A stretch of 63,943 nucleotides of DNA, the filler included, from Folioceros fuciformis (lineage: Eukaryota), in the NCBI GenBank assembly GCA_049999805.1. It is 5 parts of 5 records of this genome, joined end to end, with 100 filler letters (N's around TTAATTAATTAA, not from the genome) between each part and the next. Parts side by side here need not be neighbours in the genome. Positions count along the whole stretch, not along the records: positions 1 to 28,286 come from JBNGIO010006038.1; positions 28,387 to 41,305 come from JBNGIO010006039.1; 3 more parts are not named here. One strand, 5' to 3'. The position numbers and the translations under genes were made by a program. Under the pieces are notes generated by a model that did no database searches, was not told the DNA's origin, and saw only the letters and a list, made by a program, of their open reading frames with translations. Below, piece after piece: positions 26,564 to 38,800 of this stretch; within the stretch, counting starts at the first letter, position 1, and the number at the start of each line of letters is the position of its first letter.

Positions 26564-27768
26564 TCAAGAAAATTCTTCATGGTTAGCTTCTGAGCCCTGT
26601 ACTACGTCTAGGGACCTAAGTCGTTGCTCCTCTGTGCCAGCCAAATCATCAACCTCCACCTCGAGGACAGAAAATTCCGGTGCCTCCACAGTTTGGGGTG
26701 GAAGTGTGCCATTTTCATCCCATATTGTTATAGTAAGAGGATGTTCCTCAACCCGTTTGACATTCTGGGAACCTTTCTCACCCTTTTTCCCAAGTAGGTT
26801 GAAGACTTGCATCTTCCTATCAATATTCCCATCGGTGCAAACTTCTTTGCTCAAATTTTCGAGGGGCCTCTAATGAATGATGAAATAGAAATCTGTTCTT
26901 CAACATCCAACAAGTTTTCTATTCCTAGAATCCTTTGCGTTATGTATAAGGTGCGCTTGAGGTCGATTTCAATGGCCGTTGCATGCTGCCAATGCTGGAC
27001 AGCTACTTGTGAAAAACTTCTAGAACTTACGAATGCATCTACCACCTAGTAGCCTTCACATGAGACCATCTGCAATAGCATACCTAGCAATCCAAGGTGT
27101 TTTTGATATGGTGAGAAGACCATAGAGTCTGCAATTGGAAGTAGATGCGTTTTTACCATGGCTCCGTGATGAATAACTTGAGGAAGAAGGTTTATGCCCA
27201 GGGAAAATAGTGGTGCCCTTGGTTTAGTTGTCTCCACCTTCACAGCATTGCCATTGATTAGATACTCCACTATCTCCACTATTGCAGAGTTTGGTGGAAT
27301 ATTTGTCTTCTTTCGGATGAGGGTTTGTATGGTACCCTTTTTACACCATGGACGTAAAGCCTCTCTTGCATGCATCACTCTATCCACACAGTGCATGAAG
27401 TTAATCCCGTAGACATTACAACTAGTTCACTCATTGAATCCACTCAACAACTCTTCTAGCTCAGTTTCAGTCACCTGCTGGTCATTCTGATGCCTTTGTA
27501 GCCCAAGTGGTAAATCTGCGAAAAACAAAGAATACAAGCGTTTTATCATAAAAGCCTTCATCTCAAGTATATTTCTATGAAATACCTCGTATTTGACTTT
27601 TTCTTTTGAGTTTAGAATCCTATATTCAGACAATCCTGCATCCATATATGCATTTGCCAATTCCTGCTTCCCCTCCTCAATCTGCTTCCAATTCCGGGCA
27701 AAGTAAATATAGTCCTAGTCTTGAAATTACTTTGGAAGAGATAGGTTGCTGATGTACTTTGGCTTCTG
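26564..27768 (-). pseudogene. Beta-class N4-cytosine/N6-adenine DNA methyltransferase homolog, decayed
   Basis: One frame 27768-26851 with point stops: YEVFHRNILE..YSLFFADLPLG (motif IV), TLIRKK..VEYLI, FSPYQKHLGLL (motif X), EGY*VVDAFVSSRS (motif I), ATAIEID. Probable frameshifted acidic tail to 26564. Confidence 0.75.
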
Positions 27769-27782
27769 CAGAACCCAAAGTA

Positions 27783-27874
27783 CATCACCTAAACATTACA
27801 ACATCAGATGAGGTAGTGACATTGGCATCACCTAAACATTACAACATCAAATGAGGTATTGACATTGGCATCAC
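27783..27874. repeat. 43-bp tandem duplication
   Basis: CATCACCTAAACATTACAACATCARATGAGGTAKTGACATTGG twice. Confidence 0.9.
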
Positions 27875-28286
27875 TGTCCTTGTTGTGCTAGTATGCTAGT
27901 GCATCAAGCATCTTCCCTGTGCTGGTGCGCGGGTATACTGGTGCATCCTCGTCTGGTCCTTGCTGGATGTGCTAGTATATTAACACACGTATGAAAACTC
28001 TATGCAAGTGCAGCCACAAACTCGGTGGATCTACTAAGTCTCTAGGAGCCAAATCTCTGCGCGGGTGCATTGGTGTATGGGCGCATCTGCGAAATCTTTG
28101 CACACCCCTGAAATCTCTAAGTCCTGTTTCAAAAAAAATATATCCTAGCATGTAATTTTGCATCGCAAGACTCTTCAAAGCACCATGATAAAACGATAAA
28201 ATATTTTTATGAAACAAAGTTTATGAATACAATATATTACTTAAAAATATATTATGTATAAATTTAATCCATATACTTGATCATTA

Positions 28287-28386
28287 NNNNNNNNNNNNNN
28301 NNNNNNNNNNNNNNNNNNNNNNNNNNNNNNTTAATTAATTAANNNNNNNNNNNNNNNNNNNNNNNNNNNNNNNNNNNNNNNNNNNN
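28287..28386. other. Artificial scaffold linker N44-TTAATTAATTAA-N44
   Basis: Six-frame stop linker; identical structure at four places in the window. Confidence 0.97.
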
Positions 28387-29330
28387 GATCTGCTGCCTGG
28401 TTTTGCTAGCACCCTACCGACCAGCCTGGATGGCTCTTGCTTCGATCCACCTGCCTAGCTGCAAGCTTAGATCCGTTGCCAGGCCGCCCCGCTGATCCAG
28501 CTAGGATCTGGCCTGTCGATCTGGCCTCCTAGCTAATTGGATCCGCCAGCCCATCTTCCCTCCATCCTGCTAGCCAGCTGCCGCAGCCCATCTTGCCGGC
28601 GCCTGATCTTGCTAGGCCTCCTGGAGCCTGCCAGCCAGGCGCCCTCCAGCCCTGACTCGCGCCTGCCAGGAGCCTGCCACCGACCCGCCTGGCTGCTACC
28701 CACCCGGAGCTGCCATCGCCAGCCGGCCTACCTAATCTCCAACAGCTGCGCTTGGCCTGGATTAGGCCTCCCTGGATCCGCCAGCAACCAGCCTGCTTGG
28801 CCTGGCCATGCCGGGTTGGACTAGCCACAGCCAGCCCAGCTCCAGAGTCGGCCAGCCAGCCACACAGCCCCACTGCCATCACTGGTTGCCTGCCATCCTG
28901 GTCCATCCCGCTGCCAACAGGCCGGGCGATTGCTAGCCCCTTAATCCGCCTCGGACTCGCCCGCCGGCTAGTCGGGCCGTCATGGCTGGTCCACTTGTAG
29001 CCGGTTCGCCAGCCTACTATCGTTGCTTTTCCAGAGGCCACAAGCTGGCTCCTGCCTGCTGCCGGCGAGACCCCTCAGCCGGCCATCACCCGCTATCCGC
29101 CGGCATACTGGCAACTTGCCTGCCGACTAGGATCCGACCAAGCCTGGCCCTGCTCTTGGCCTATCCAGCTGCCTGCTCTCAGGATCCTCAGCCCTTCGGC
29201 GCACTTGGGCTAGGCCATAGCAAGTCTAAGCACGACACCCACACACCTATGCCCAACCCCTTTCGCACGCTCCTGAGGCCACAACTTGCCCTCACACACC
29301 CGACTTAGGGCTCCACACACGCCGGCATCC
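28387..29330. repeat. GC-rich low-complexity repeat (GCCAGCC/GATCC motifs)
   Basis: Very high GC with recurring short motifs; similar in character to 54915-55410. Confidence 0.6.
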
Positions 29331-29737
29331 CTCTCCACAGGCACACCCTACCCCCTACTTCACATTTTTCACGGCCACAGGTTAGCTAGACGATTGTTGA
29401 CTTTCTAAACTACACCACCACTATCTCTTGATCATCCTCTTTAATCTAGCCTTATCTAACATAGTTTCCTAATGACCTCTCCAAGGAATTCTATCAAAAC
29501 TCCAAAAAAAACAAATACCACCCATTTTCTAAGAGGCCTATCTACCATGTGGTCTCCACAGGACCAAAAATAAATTCATCTCCATTGTATTAATAGATGG
29601 GATATTTCATAGGTACCAAGATGTTTTTTTTTTCGTGAAAAAAATTCGGATTATAATTGGCAGATGCCTCCCACTACAAGGGGAGAATCCTGCTAATGTA
29701 TGTACAAAAATCAAGCACCAGAAGAGAGCACTGGGCA

Positions 29738-30480
29738 CTGGCCAGGGGCAGGCGATTGGATCGGCGGTTGGTGGGCTGGCGGATCTAGGCAAGGCGCCAA
29801 GATCTAGGCCAGTGGCGTGGCTGGTTGGTCGGCGGCGGCGCATCCAGGCCGACAGATAGGTGAGCCAGGCCGGGGGCCGAGGACTTAATGGGCGGGCTGG
29901 TTGGTAGCAGCTAGGCACAGGGGCTAGATGGGCAAGTTTGCTGGCGGGCTGGCATCTAGGCGCTGGCTGCAGGCAGCAGATCCAGGTAGGCTCATTGGCA
30001 TCTGAGCGCTGGCCGGGGGCAGGCGATTGGATCCGCGGTTGGTGGGCTAGCGGATTTAGGCAAGGTGCCAGGATCCAGTCCAGTGGCCTGGCTGGTTGGT
30101 CGGCGGCGGCGCATCTAGGCCAACAGATAGGTGAGCCAGGCCGGGGGCCGAGGACCAGACGGGCGGGCTGGTTGGTAGCAGCCAGGCACACGGGCTGGCT
30201 GGGCAAGTTTGCTGGCGAGCTAGCATCCAGGCGGTGGCTGCAGGAGACGGATCCATACAGGTCAGGAGGAGGCAAATCCAGCACTCGCCCAATCTTGGCA
30301 GGCTAGCTAGATCGTGGTTAGTCAGCGGGCTAGGTAACCAAGCAGCGGCAGCAGGCCGACGATAGGCAGGATGGCCAAATCGGCGGCTAGTAGGAGGGTG
30401 CTCCGGGCTCAACAGGCGGCGGGCAGATCAGTGGCTGGAGCCAAGATCCACGGCAATGGTCTGGCTGGCGAGGGCAGGGT
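29738..30480. repeat. GC-rich repeat in opposite orientation, with a 271-bp tandem duplication (29738 / 30009)
   Basis: CTGGCCRGGGGCAGGCGATTGGATC... is repeated at a 271-bp offset. Confidence 0.75.
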
Positions 30481-30499
30481 CAAATTCTGCCTCTCCTCG

Positions 30500-31220
30500 T
30501 CCATCCTGGCATACAGAATTTTTCCCCAATCAATCCTGGTCCCCTTCACTACCTCATGCACAAACACGAGCATCTAGTCAGACAGATAATCCTGTTTGCG
30601 AACCTGGAGAAAACTAAGAAACCACCCGGCCAGACCCATCAGCTGTGGGCTCGCCATGTCGCGAACCAACCATCCGTTAGCCTCCTTCTTCGTGCCTGGT
30701 TTGAGCAGTCCTTCAGCGTCTCCTGTACCCCCCCGTTTCCTCAGGGACTCCAGCACCAATCCTCCCTCTTCTCGCTGGTCACGGCCATACACCCTCCTCA
30801 CTAGCTCCAGGTTCCACCCTTGCGGTCTGCCTCTGATCCCCTTCTCATGGACAGGTTCCCTCAACCTCAGGGTGCACTCCCTGACCAACTGTGGCGCTGC
30901 GTGGTTCCACTTTTGGGTCATGAAACCCAGACCCAATTCATCCACCAGCCCTCCTGCTCTGACCCTCCAGTGCTTCATGTTGGGCCACAAGAGTAGGTCG
31001 ATCCAGGGAACAGGAGGTTCCCCCTCCTGCTCGGGTACTCCAGGCAGTAGTTCAGGGCGTGACCTCATCCTGCCAATCTCCTCCTCGTGCTCCGGCTTCT
31101 GCAGTCCCTCCTCTCTCTCGCTGAGCACTCGCTGCTTGCCTCGGCCCGTCCTGTTGCCTCAGCGTTTGCTTCCCTTCCAACCACCTTTACGCTCCCAGGT
31201 TACTGCCCTTCACGTTTTGA
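30500..31220 (-). pseudogene. Probable TE accessory-protein fragment
   Basis: 184-aa frame with coding-like composition (WIDLLLWPNMKHW..ELGLGFM..W.HAAPQLVRE), reminiscent of plant transposon accessory proteins. Family not determined. Confidence 0.35.
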
Positions 31221-31686
31221 AGACTAACTTAATTCCCCTCCAGACTTCCCTTTAGGGTTTTTATACTGGCTGGTTTCTTCTCTCACTACTGCCAGTTAGA
31301 CTACCACCAGTCGTCCTTTTCGCGATGGTTGCCCCACTGGCCACCGTTGCCCAGTCACCTCAACCCATCCTCTTTTCTAAATCCACAACTAGTTAGCCCC
31401 CTTCCCTACTCATTTCTATTCCTTATTTCCAAAATGGGGGGGGGGGGTATATATAACCTCCTAAATGCCCCCAAACCACCAAGGCCCGAGGACACCCTCA
31501 CTCACTCACTTCCAGATCGTGGTCTTCGGTATCCCAAACACACAAAGACCAAGGCCATTTTTGGGTATGAATACCCCCATCTTATTCACATACTAAGCCG
31601 ATTTGCTCGTTCCTTCACACAAAAAATCGCAGCCTACTCATTTTGTCACTCAAAATGGGAGTGTCGAAAGTTTTTTTCCACTATAT

Positions 31687-34600
31687 GCTGCAAACTCCTC
31701 AAGGTCCAGTTGGAATCTGCAATATTTATGCGCCTAACGCTGCCATTGACAAGAGTATCCTGTGGTGTAGGCTGGGGGATCAACTTGATGAGCAGATCCC
31801 GTGGATGCTGGCTGGCGACTTCAACTTTGTTGAACACCGTGAGGACATTCAAGGGGATACCCTAGTAGATTTACGGGCGGTGCCTATGTCTTGGCAGGAG
31901 CTGAGAGACACGGTCTTGGCTGTGCAGGATCCTTGGGTGGCCCTCCCGGCTCATCGCCAACCACAGTCCTTGATGTTCAGCTGGTCCAATCAACAACAAA
32001 AGAATTTGGGAGCGCGCAGGTTGGACAAGTTTTATTTACCTTCAGGGTGGTTGGCCTTCGTACAGTCGTACAGTATTCTCGCTGGTACGATCTTATCCGA
32101 CCACCACCCCATTAGCTTGCTCTTGAGGCTTGCTCCAGAGGGTGAGCGCCCAAGGAGGCATATGCAAAATTTTCGGATGAACACATCCTTACTGAAGGAA
32201 AAAGGTGTCTTTGAAAATATCAAAAACATTTGGCAGGGAGTTAAACAGGGGGAAGAAAATGCGGCGGTCAAATTGATGTGTGCTAACAATGAGGTGACTA
32301 GGTATTTAAGGAGGCTAGGGTTTCAACATGCACGAGAACAACGCTAGCAAGAATGTTTTTTGAGGGAGGAACTATGCTGGTTACAGAGGAGCTGTGAGGG
32401 TGGGGATCTCACAATTGCGGAAGAGGCCAGGAAAACGGAGGTGCAATGAGCTTTGGCCAAGTTGGAAGAAGACAGGGCCAGAGGTTGGTTCAAGCGTGCC
32501 AAAGTTAAGTGGGTGAGGGAGGGGGACGGCCTCTCTAAACTCTTCTTCGATAAGGTGGCCTCTAACCGGCATCGGACGCGAATTCTTGCCCTCCCAGACG
32601 CGTGAGGCATGGTGCAAGAATCACTGGAAGGTTTAAAAACTCTTATTACCCTCTTCTTTGTTGGCATATTTTCCAGCGTTGGGAAGGTGGCAGGGTGGGA
32701 ACGGCTTTGGTCTTCTTCATATGGCGCGCTTTCGGCTTAAGTGTCTGATGACCAGCGCAGAGCTATGGATAAGCCGATAACTGCTGACGAGGTGTTCCAG
32801 GCCCTGAAGGGGATGTCGAGGGATAAATCCCCGGGACATGATGGTATTCCTCCCGAGTTCCTGCTATGGGGGTGGGAATTTATGGAGCCGTTATTCATGG
32901 AAGCGGTTAGTATGTTTTGGGAAGAAGGTAGTATGGGGAGCTGGTTCAATATGGGGGTTATCTCCTTGCTCCCTAAGCAAGACGCCAGCTTATCAATCTC
33001 CAATTGGCGCCCGATTACCTTGCTCACTACCACGTACAAGGTGATTGCTAAGGTACTGGCTAATGGAATTACACTCTTTCTTGATGATTGGATTGAGAAA
33101 GAGCAGCGAGGGTTCATTCAAAATAGGTGCATCCTAGACAACCTACTACTCCTGAGGGAAGCTAATTACAACACTCAGGTACAGAAAAAAGCCATCGTTT
33201 TCATTTCCCTTGACTTTTACAAGGCTTGTGATTCTGTTGAGTGGCATTTCCTGTGGCGGTGTCTACGTAGCTTCGAATTTGGGAACAATTTTTGCAGATG
33301 GATAGCCATTCTGTGTGAAGATGCAGGAGCCAAGGTGGTTGTTAATGGGCCTTTTACGGAGCACTTTGGCATCTCTCGGTCGGTACGTCACGGTTGCCCC
33401 CTTGCTCCGTTCTTATTTATTATCGTCATTGACTTCTTTCTCAGAGCAGTCAAGCGAGACCCGGCAGTGGTGGGTATTCGGAACCCAGATGGAACGCAGC
33501 TAAGGGTCTCTGCATTTGCAGATGATACTCTCCTCTTCTCTTTGGCTGGGGAGGCCTCATTGAAAGAGTTGCTACAACATGTCAAGGTCTTTGGTGAACT
33601 ATCAGGCTGCAAGGTGAATTGGAGCAAGACGCGCATGATGTGTCTTCACATGGATGGGGAGCTTCCTCAGTGTATTAATCACATAAGGCGAGTGACTCTA
33701 GGTTCTACCCACAAGTATTTGGGGCTTCCTTTCCAAGAGGGGGATGAGAATGAGGAGATTGGGAAGTACGTCTGCCTCAGGTTCATTCGCAAAGCGGGTA
33801 GTCTACAGTCACTGGAGCTTAACCTGGTGGGTAGGCTGGTGGTGATTAATCATATCCTTACTGCCTCTTTATGGTATTATCTGTTTTTATGGGCCCCTTC
33901 CAAGATAGAAGCGAAGCGCTTACACTAGGTGCTGACCTCTTTCCTGTGGAAGCGTTCAGGGGACAGTATGGCTGGGTGCTCTAAAGTAGCTTGGCAGCAT
34001 ATTATTCAGGCATGTGGTTTGGGGGGGCTCGAGTTGGTAGACCCAGTTGCCAAGATGAAAGTGTTGCATGCTTAGTGGGTTGTCAGGGCAGGTGATCCGG
34101 CGTACTATCCTTGGAAGAGTCTGCTAACACAGCATCTGGACTACACCCAAGCTGTCCCCAGGGAAAGGAGATCTATTGACAACATTCTGGCTGACAAATC
34201 AATACTCGATATTGTAGAATGCTCCCCACTCTTCAAGTCCATCTGGAGCAGCTACTTGGAGGTTAAACAATACATTATCCTGGGGGACTTTTCTTGTGCG
34301 GATGATGTTCTTGGTATTCCTTTGCAGGGATTCTTGAGGTTATGGGTGCAGGAGTTCAGGTCAAGGGTTTATCAATCACAAATTTTCGGGTGGGCTTGTC
34401 GGAGAGGCGTTATCCAACTTGGTCATTTGTGGAATAGGTCAGAGGCTCATTGGAAGGAGATAGAGGAGGTCAAAGGGGAGTTTGGCTTAGGGGCCCGACA
34501 CGTCAGACTCATTTTCTCATGGATGCACGAGGGGCTAGAGGAAAAGGTGCAACAGTTCTTAAGGCAACAACCTACCATAGGAAGTGAAGGGTGGTATGCA

Positions 34601-34732
34601 TACTCCATGGACGGTAGGGGAGTCGACTCGGAGGAGGAGGATGATCAGGTGGAAGCATTAGAATTAGATAGAGCGGTTTGGCTTGAGAGAACGGATGGCA
34701 AAGAGACGTTGAAGTCGTTCAAGGTCTTGTCG
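31687..34732 (+). mobile_element. Second L1 LINE, related to the first; 5'-truncated ORF2, interrupted by copia B
   Basis: QGPVGICNIYAPN, AGDFNF, SDHHP, KSPGHDGIPPEF, NWRPITLL, FADDT. Colinear with ORF2 of the first LINE; stops abruptly at an LTR. Confidence 0.93.
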
Positions 34733-34946
34733 TGATGCGTTTGTGAATCGTTCCCATGCAGATCACACACGCTCGAGACACACTAGCAACGAATATCTTA
34801 TATGTCAGGCGAACTCAGCACAAAAGTGTCCGAGACCCATAAAAACGGTTACAACTAATAACTACCTCTAGGGTTACCTGTTGGGTGCCCTAATGTAAGT
34901 TCTACGTATATAACAATGTACTTATAATTACCTATTATTTCTAACA
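34733..34946 (-). repeat. 3' LTR of copia B
   Basis: TG...CA, adjacent to the PPT (reverse complement TGAGAGGGGG). Confidence 0.9.
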
Positions 34947-35128
34947 CCCCCTCTCATTGTATATACAGTCTAAATAGCAAACTAATTAAGCAAATCATCT
35001 GCTAAAAGTTGTTTAGGGTGTGAACGTGCCCGCGATAAACGCGTTTCACCAGTCTGTCTCGTACCACTCAGAAGCTCGGCCTCTACAGCAGAGACTGTCA
35101 CTTGTTCTGAGCAGCTCAACACCACACC

Positions 35129-35809
35129 ATGTCGGGTTCCAGGGCTGAGCCTATTGATCTCTCAGAGGCGGCGCCTGAGGTGCAGCCAGTCCTGGACGAG
35201 CTGCAGAAGGTGCTAGATGCCTTAAACGCGACGCCTCTTCCTCCAAAGGCGAAGGAGTCCCCTGGTATGGCTGTTCTCCGTCGCAAGCTTTGCAAGTGCC
35301 CTGATGACGCTTCTCTCTGTCCGAGGGACTGGACGCTGTTGTGATTCCGGAAAAATATCAGCCCAGAGTCTTCACCGTGCCGGTTGGACACCTACACAAG
35401 ATGCGACAGGTAGTGACAGATGGGGATGGAGCTAACAACCCTTTGACGCCTGAGGTCTACATCTGCCCTACTACAAAGGTGACCATGTATTGACAGAGTT
35501 GGTGGCGCTGGGGCGGACAAGACGGCAACTTCATATCATACTACAGTGAGTCCACAGCACAAGTCTGATCTACTGCACACAATTATTGTGGTTTGACTTG
35601 CTGTAGGTACTCACTCTAAAAACTGTTCAGTGTCCAAGGAAAGGATGGCTGAAGAGGCAGGCATTGACTGGATGGATGAGAATGAAGACACATCTGACGA
35701 CAACGACCCTGACTTTGATCCTAACTTTGTAGGGTTCCAGGGAATGAACAGGGAGGGGAAGTCAAGAGCCCTATCCCCCTCTTCCTCTGATGACTCTGAA
35801 GAGGTCTAA
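35129..35809 (+). pseudogene. Antisense ORF in the 3' internal region of copia B, disrupted
   Basis: Starts MSGSRAEPIDLSE..LDELQKVLDAL and ends in an acidic tail ..EDTSDDNDPDFDP..SDDSEEV*. Stops and frameshift in the middle. Confidence 0.5.
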
Positions 35810-35896
35810 ACATCCCTGGTGACCATCTCATAGGTAGGAAGTTAGTGTCAGATGAATTCCAGCATGCCTAACAGCTGACTCCTCAGACAGACTCTC

Positions 35897-38800
35897 TTAC
35901 TTGCTGTGGGACACGTTTGTTATGTGGAGGGGTCCTAGGACACCCAAGGACTCCTTAAACTGATAGTGCTTCATCCTAGGTAAGGCTTTCGTAAGCAAAT
36001 CCGCAGCATTAGCATCAGTCAGCACATACTCAAGCTTGACTTGTTTTGTCTCAACAGCATGTCGAATGAAGTGATGATGGACTTCAACATGCTTAGTTCT
36101 GGCATGAAATACTGGATTTTGTGCCAAAGCTAACGCTGATTGATTGTCGCAATATATAGTTGTTGGTTCTCGCTGTGGTTGTCCAAGATCTGATAACAAT
36201 CTTCTCAGCCAAATTGCCTCTTTAGACGCCTGTGTCAAGGCAGAGTATTCTGCCTCTGTTGACGAGAGTGACACAGTCGTTTGTTTCTTTGAGGACCATG
36301 TAACTGCTCCACCAGCTAGAAGAAAAGCATATGCTGAAACGGACTTCCTCGTATCAGGATCTGCTGCCCAGTCAGCATCGCAGTATCCTATCAGCATAAG
36401 CTCCTCTCCTTCAAAGGCTTGTTTGGAATAATGTATACCATGATCACTCGTGCCCTTCAAATATCGAAGAATCCGCTTAACAGCTGACCAGTGTACCTTT
36501 CCTGGATTCTTGAGGTGCTGAGAGACCATGCTTACTGGGAGAGCTACATCAGGCCTACTATTGTTTGAGCAGTATATGAGTGAACCTACTGCTTGGGCAT
36601 AGGGAACTGCCTCCATCTCGTGCTTATCAGCATCAGTCGCTGGAGACTGGGAGCTGGACAACTTGCAACCAGTTTCAAGAGGTGTAATTGCTACCTTAGC
36701 TTCCTCGAGCTTATACTTGAATAGCATATCCAGAATATACTTCTGCTGATGTATTACCAATGTGCCACTTGCAGAGTCACGAGACAGCTGAGTGCCGAGG
36801 CAGTAGGACAACTCCCCGACATCTACCATTTCAAAGCGACCAGACAGCAGACCTTTAACTCTGGTAATCCCCTCAAGATCAGTGCCTAGGAGTATGCAAT
36901 CATCTACGTACAAAGCTAGTATAACAAAACCTGTTTTGTCTTGCAGGAGATAAACATTCGAATCTGCTGAGCTTTTAAGAAAACCAAGTCCTAGCAGGAA
37001 CTCATCTATGACTTCATACCAAGCACGGGGACTCTGCTTCAAGCCGTAGATAGTTTTGAGTAACTGACAGACCCAGTCCTCTTTCCCTTCTACCTCGTAC
37101 CCCTCAGGCTGTTGCATAAAGATATCTTCCTCTAATTTCCCATGGAGAAAGGCGGTCTTAACATCCATCTGGTGGATGAAAAGGCCAAAAAACGCAGACA
37201 TGGAGAAGAGGACACGAAGAGACTGAGACTTAACTACAGGGCTAAAAGTATCATGGTAGTCTAAGCCAGGGACTTGAGAGAACCCACGAGCTACTAACCT
37301 GGCCTTGTATCTGGAGATAGAGCCATCCGCCTTATATTTCAACTTGAACACCCACTTCGAGGTGACAATTTTCCTCCCCTGAGGCGGAGGAACTATCTTC
37401 CAGGTTTGATTGTGGATCAATGAGTCATATTCAGACTGGATTGCTGCTTTCCAAAGCTTGGCCTCTGGCCCACTAACAGCCTCTTGATAACTTTGTGGTT
37501 CACAACCAGGTTCGAAAGCAAGGTTAATGAAATCAACCACCACTCCATCGGCAGCTGAACCAGGAGGTCGAGGGACTTTCCGAAAGTCTTCACTGCTGTA
37601 AGGTGCCTCCTTCCAATTCTCACGTGTTCTGTGCACTCGAGTAGACCGCCGAAGAGGGGCAGGCTGGGGAATGGGCATCACATATTCGACTGGATCATCT
37701 TCGAACCGCTCAGGATGTTGAATAACAGGCTGTGGAATAACTGGGGCTGGAGGTTCATCATCGTCTGACTGTACAAGTATAGGAAGCAAGACATCATCGA
37801 GATCAGCAGGTGGATCATCTAGATGTGTATCATCAGACTGGTCAGGGGGATCACCAAGGGCTTGTGGGGGAGGCACCACAGGTAAAGGGTCAGGAGTTGT
37901 AAAGGAAGGATCTGAGTCAGGAAACGTGGCAGATTCAAAAGCACTAACATCATCCTCTGGCTCGACAGGTTGGTTATCAACTTCTACAACATCAGGATCT
38001 GTGAAATCATCAAAGGAATGAGCTGGCGGTTTAAGAACAGAACGCTCATCGAAAACAACTGTCCTGGCATGTGAAACCTTTCGAGTAACAGGGTCGAACA
38101 ACTTATAACCATGTATACCCGCTGTATAGCCAATGAAGATGTGATGTTTCGACTTATAGTCAAACTTGTGGCGAAGCTGATCAGGCACATGAGCATAGGC
38201 GGTACTCCCAAACACTCGGAGATGTGCCAGATCTGGTTTACACCCAGTCCACACTTCAAAGGGTGTACAGCTGCGAAGAGATGAAACAGCAGAACGATTT
38301 TGTAGGTATGTCGCAACTTGCACTGCTTCCGCCCAGAATTTAACTGACAGTCTTCCTTGATACAGAAGAGAGCGAGCAGCATCCTGGATGGTCCTGTGAC
38401 GACGCTCCGCACGTCCATTCATATCAGAGTGATACGGGATGGTGAGTTGTCTAGTTATCCCCCTCTCCTGACAATATTCCTGGAAGGCTAGGGATAAGTA
38501 CTCCTTGCCATTGTCACTTCTGATACACTTCAGCTGATGTCCAGTCTGCCTTTCTGCGTATGCAAGGTACCGCTTGAAGCTGGAGAATACTTCACTCTTG
38601 TGGCGTAAAAGCTCTGTCACTGTGAAGTGTGACTTATCGTCCTCGAACACAACAAAATATTTAGCGCCTCCCCAGGAGGGTACCGACATTGGGCCACATA
38701 TGTCGGTATGTACAAGGTCGAGAATATCTGTTGCCTTTCGTGGTTTACCACTACCAAAATGTGACTTGAATTGCTTTCCATATACGCAGGCAACACACAA

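Larger units (their letters stand above)
26495..27945. repeat. 22-bp inverted repeat pair bracketing the MTase remnant (26495-26516 / 27924-27945)
   Basis: TGCACCAGTATACCAGCGCACC versus the reverse complement TGCACCAGTATACCCGCGCACC, 21/22 identical. Confidence 0.8.

Noticed and set aside
28331-28342. TTAATTAATTAA palindrome recurring four times
   Set aside because: Always centred in N44 flanks, so it is an artificial concatenation linker. Adjacency across it has no biological meaning.
28529-30412. Several 100-225 aa ORFs on both strands
   Set aside because: Ala/Pro/Gly/Trp-rich products of stop-poor GC-rich repeats.
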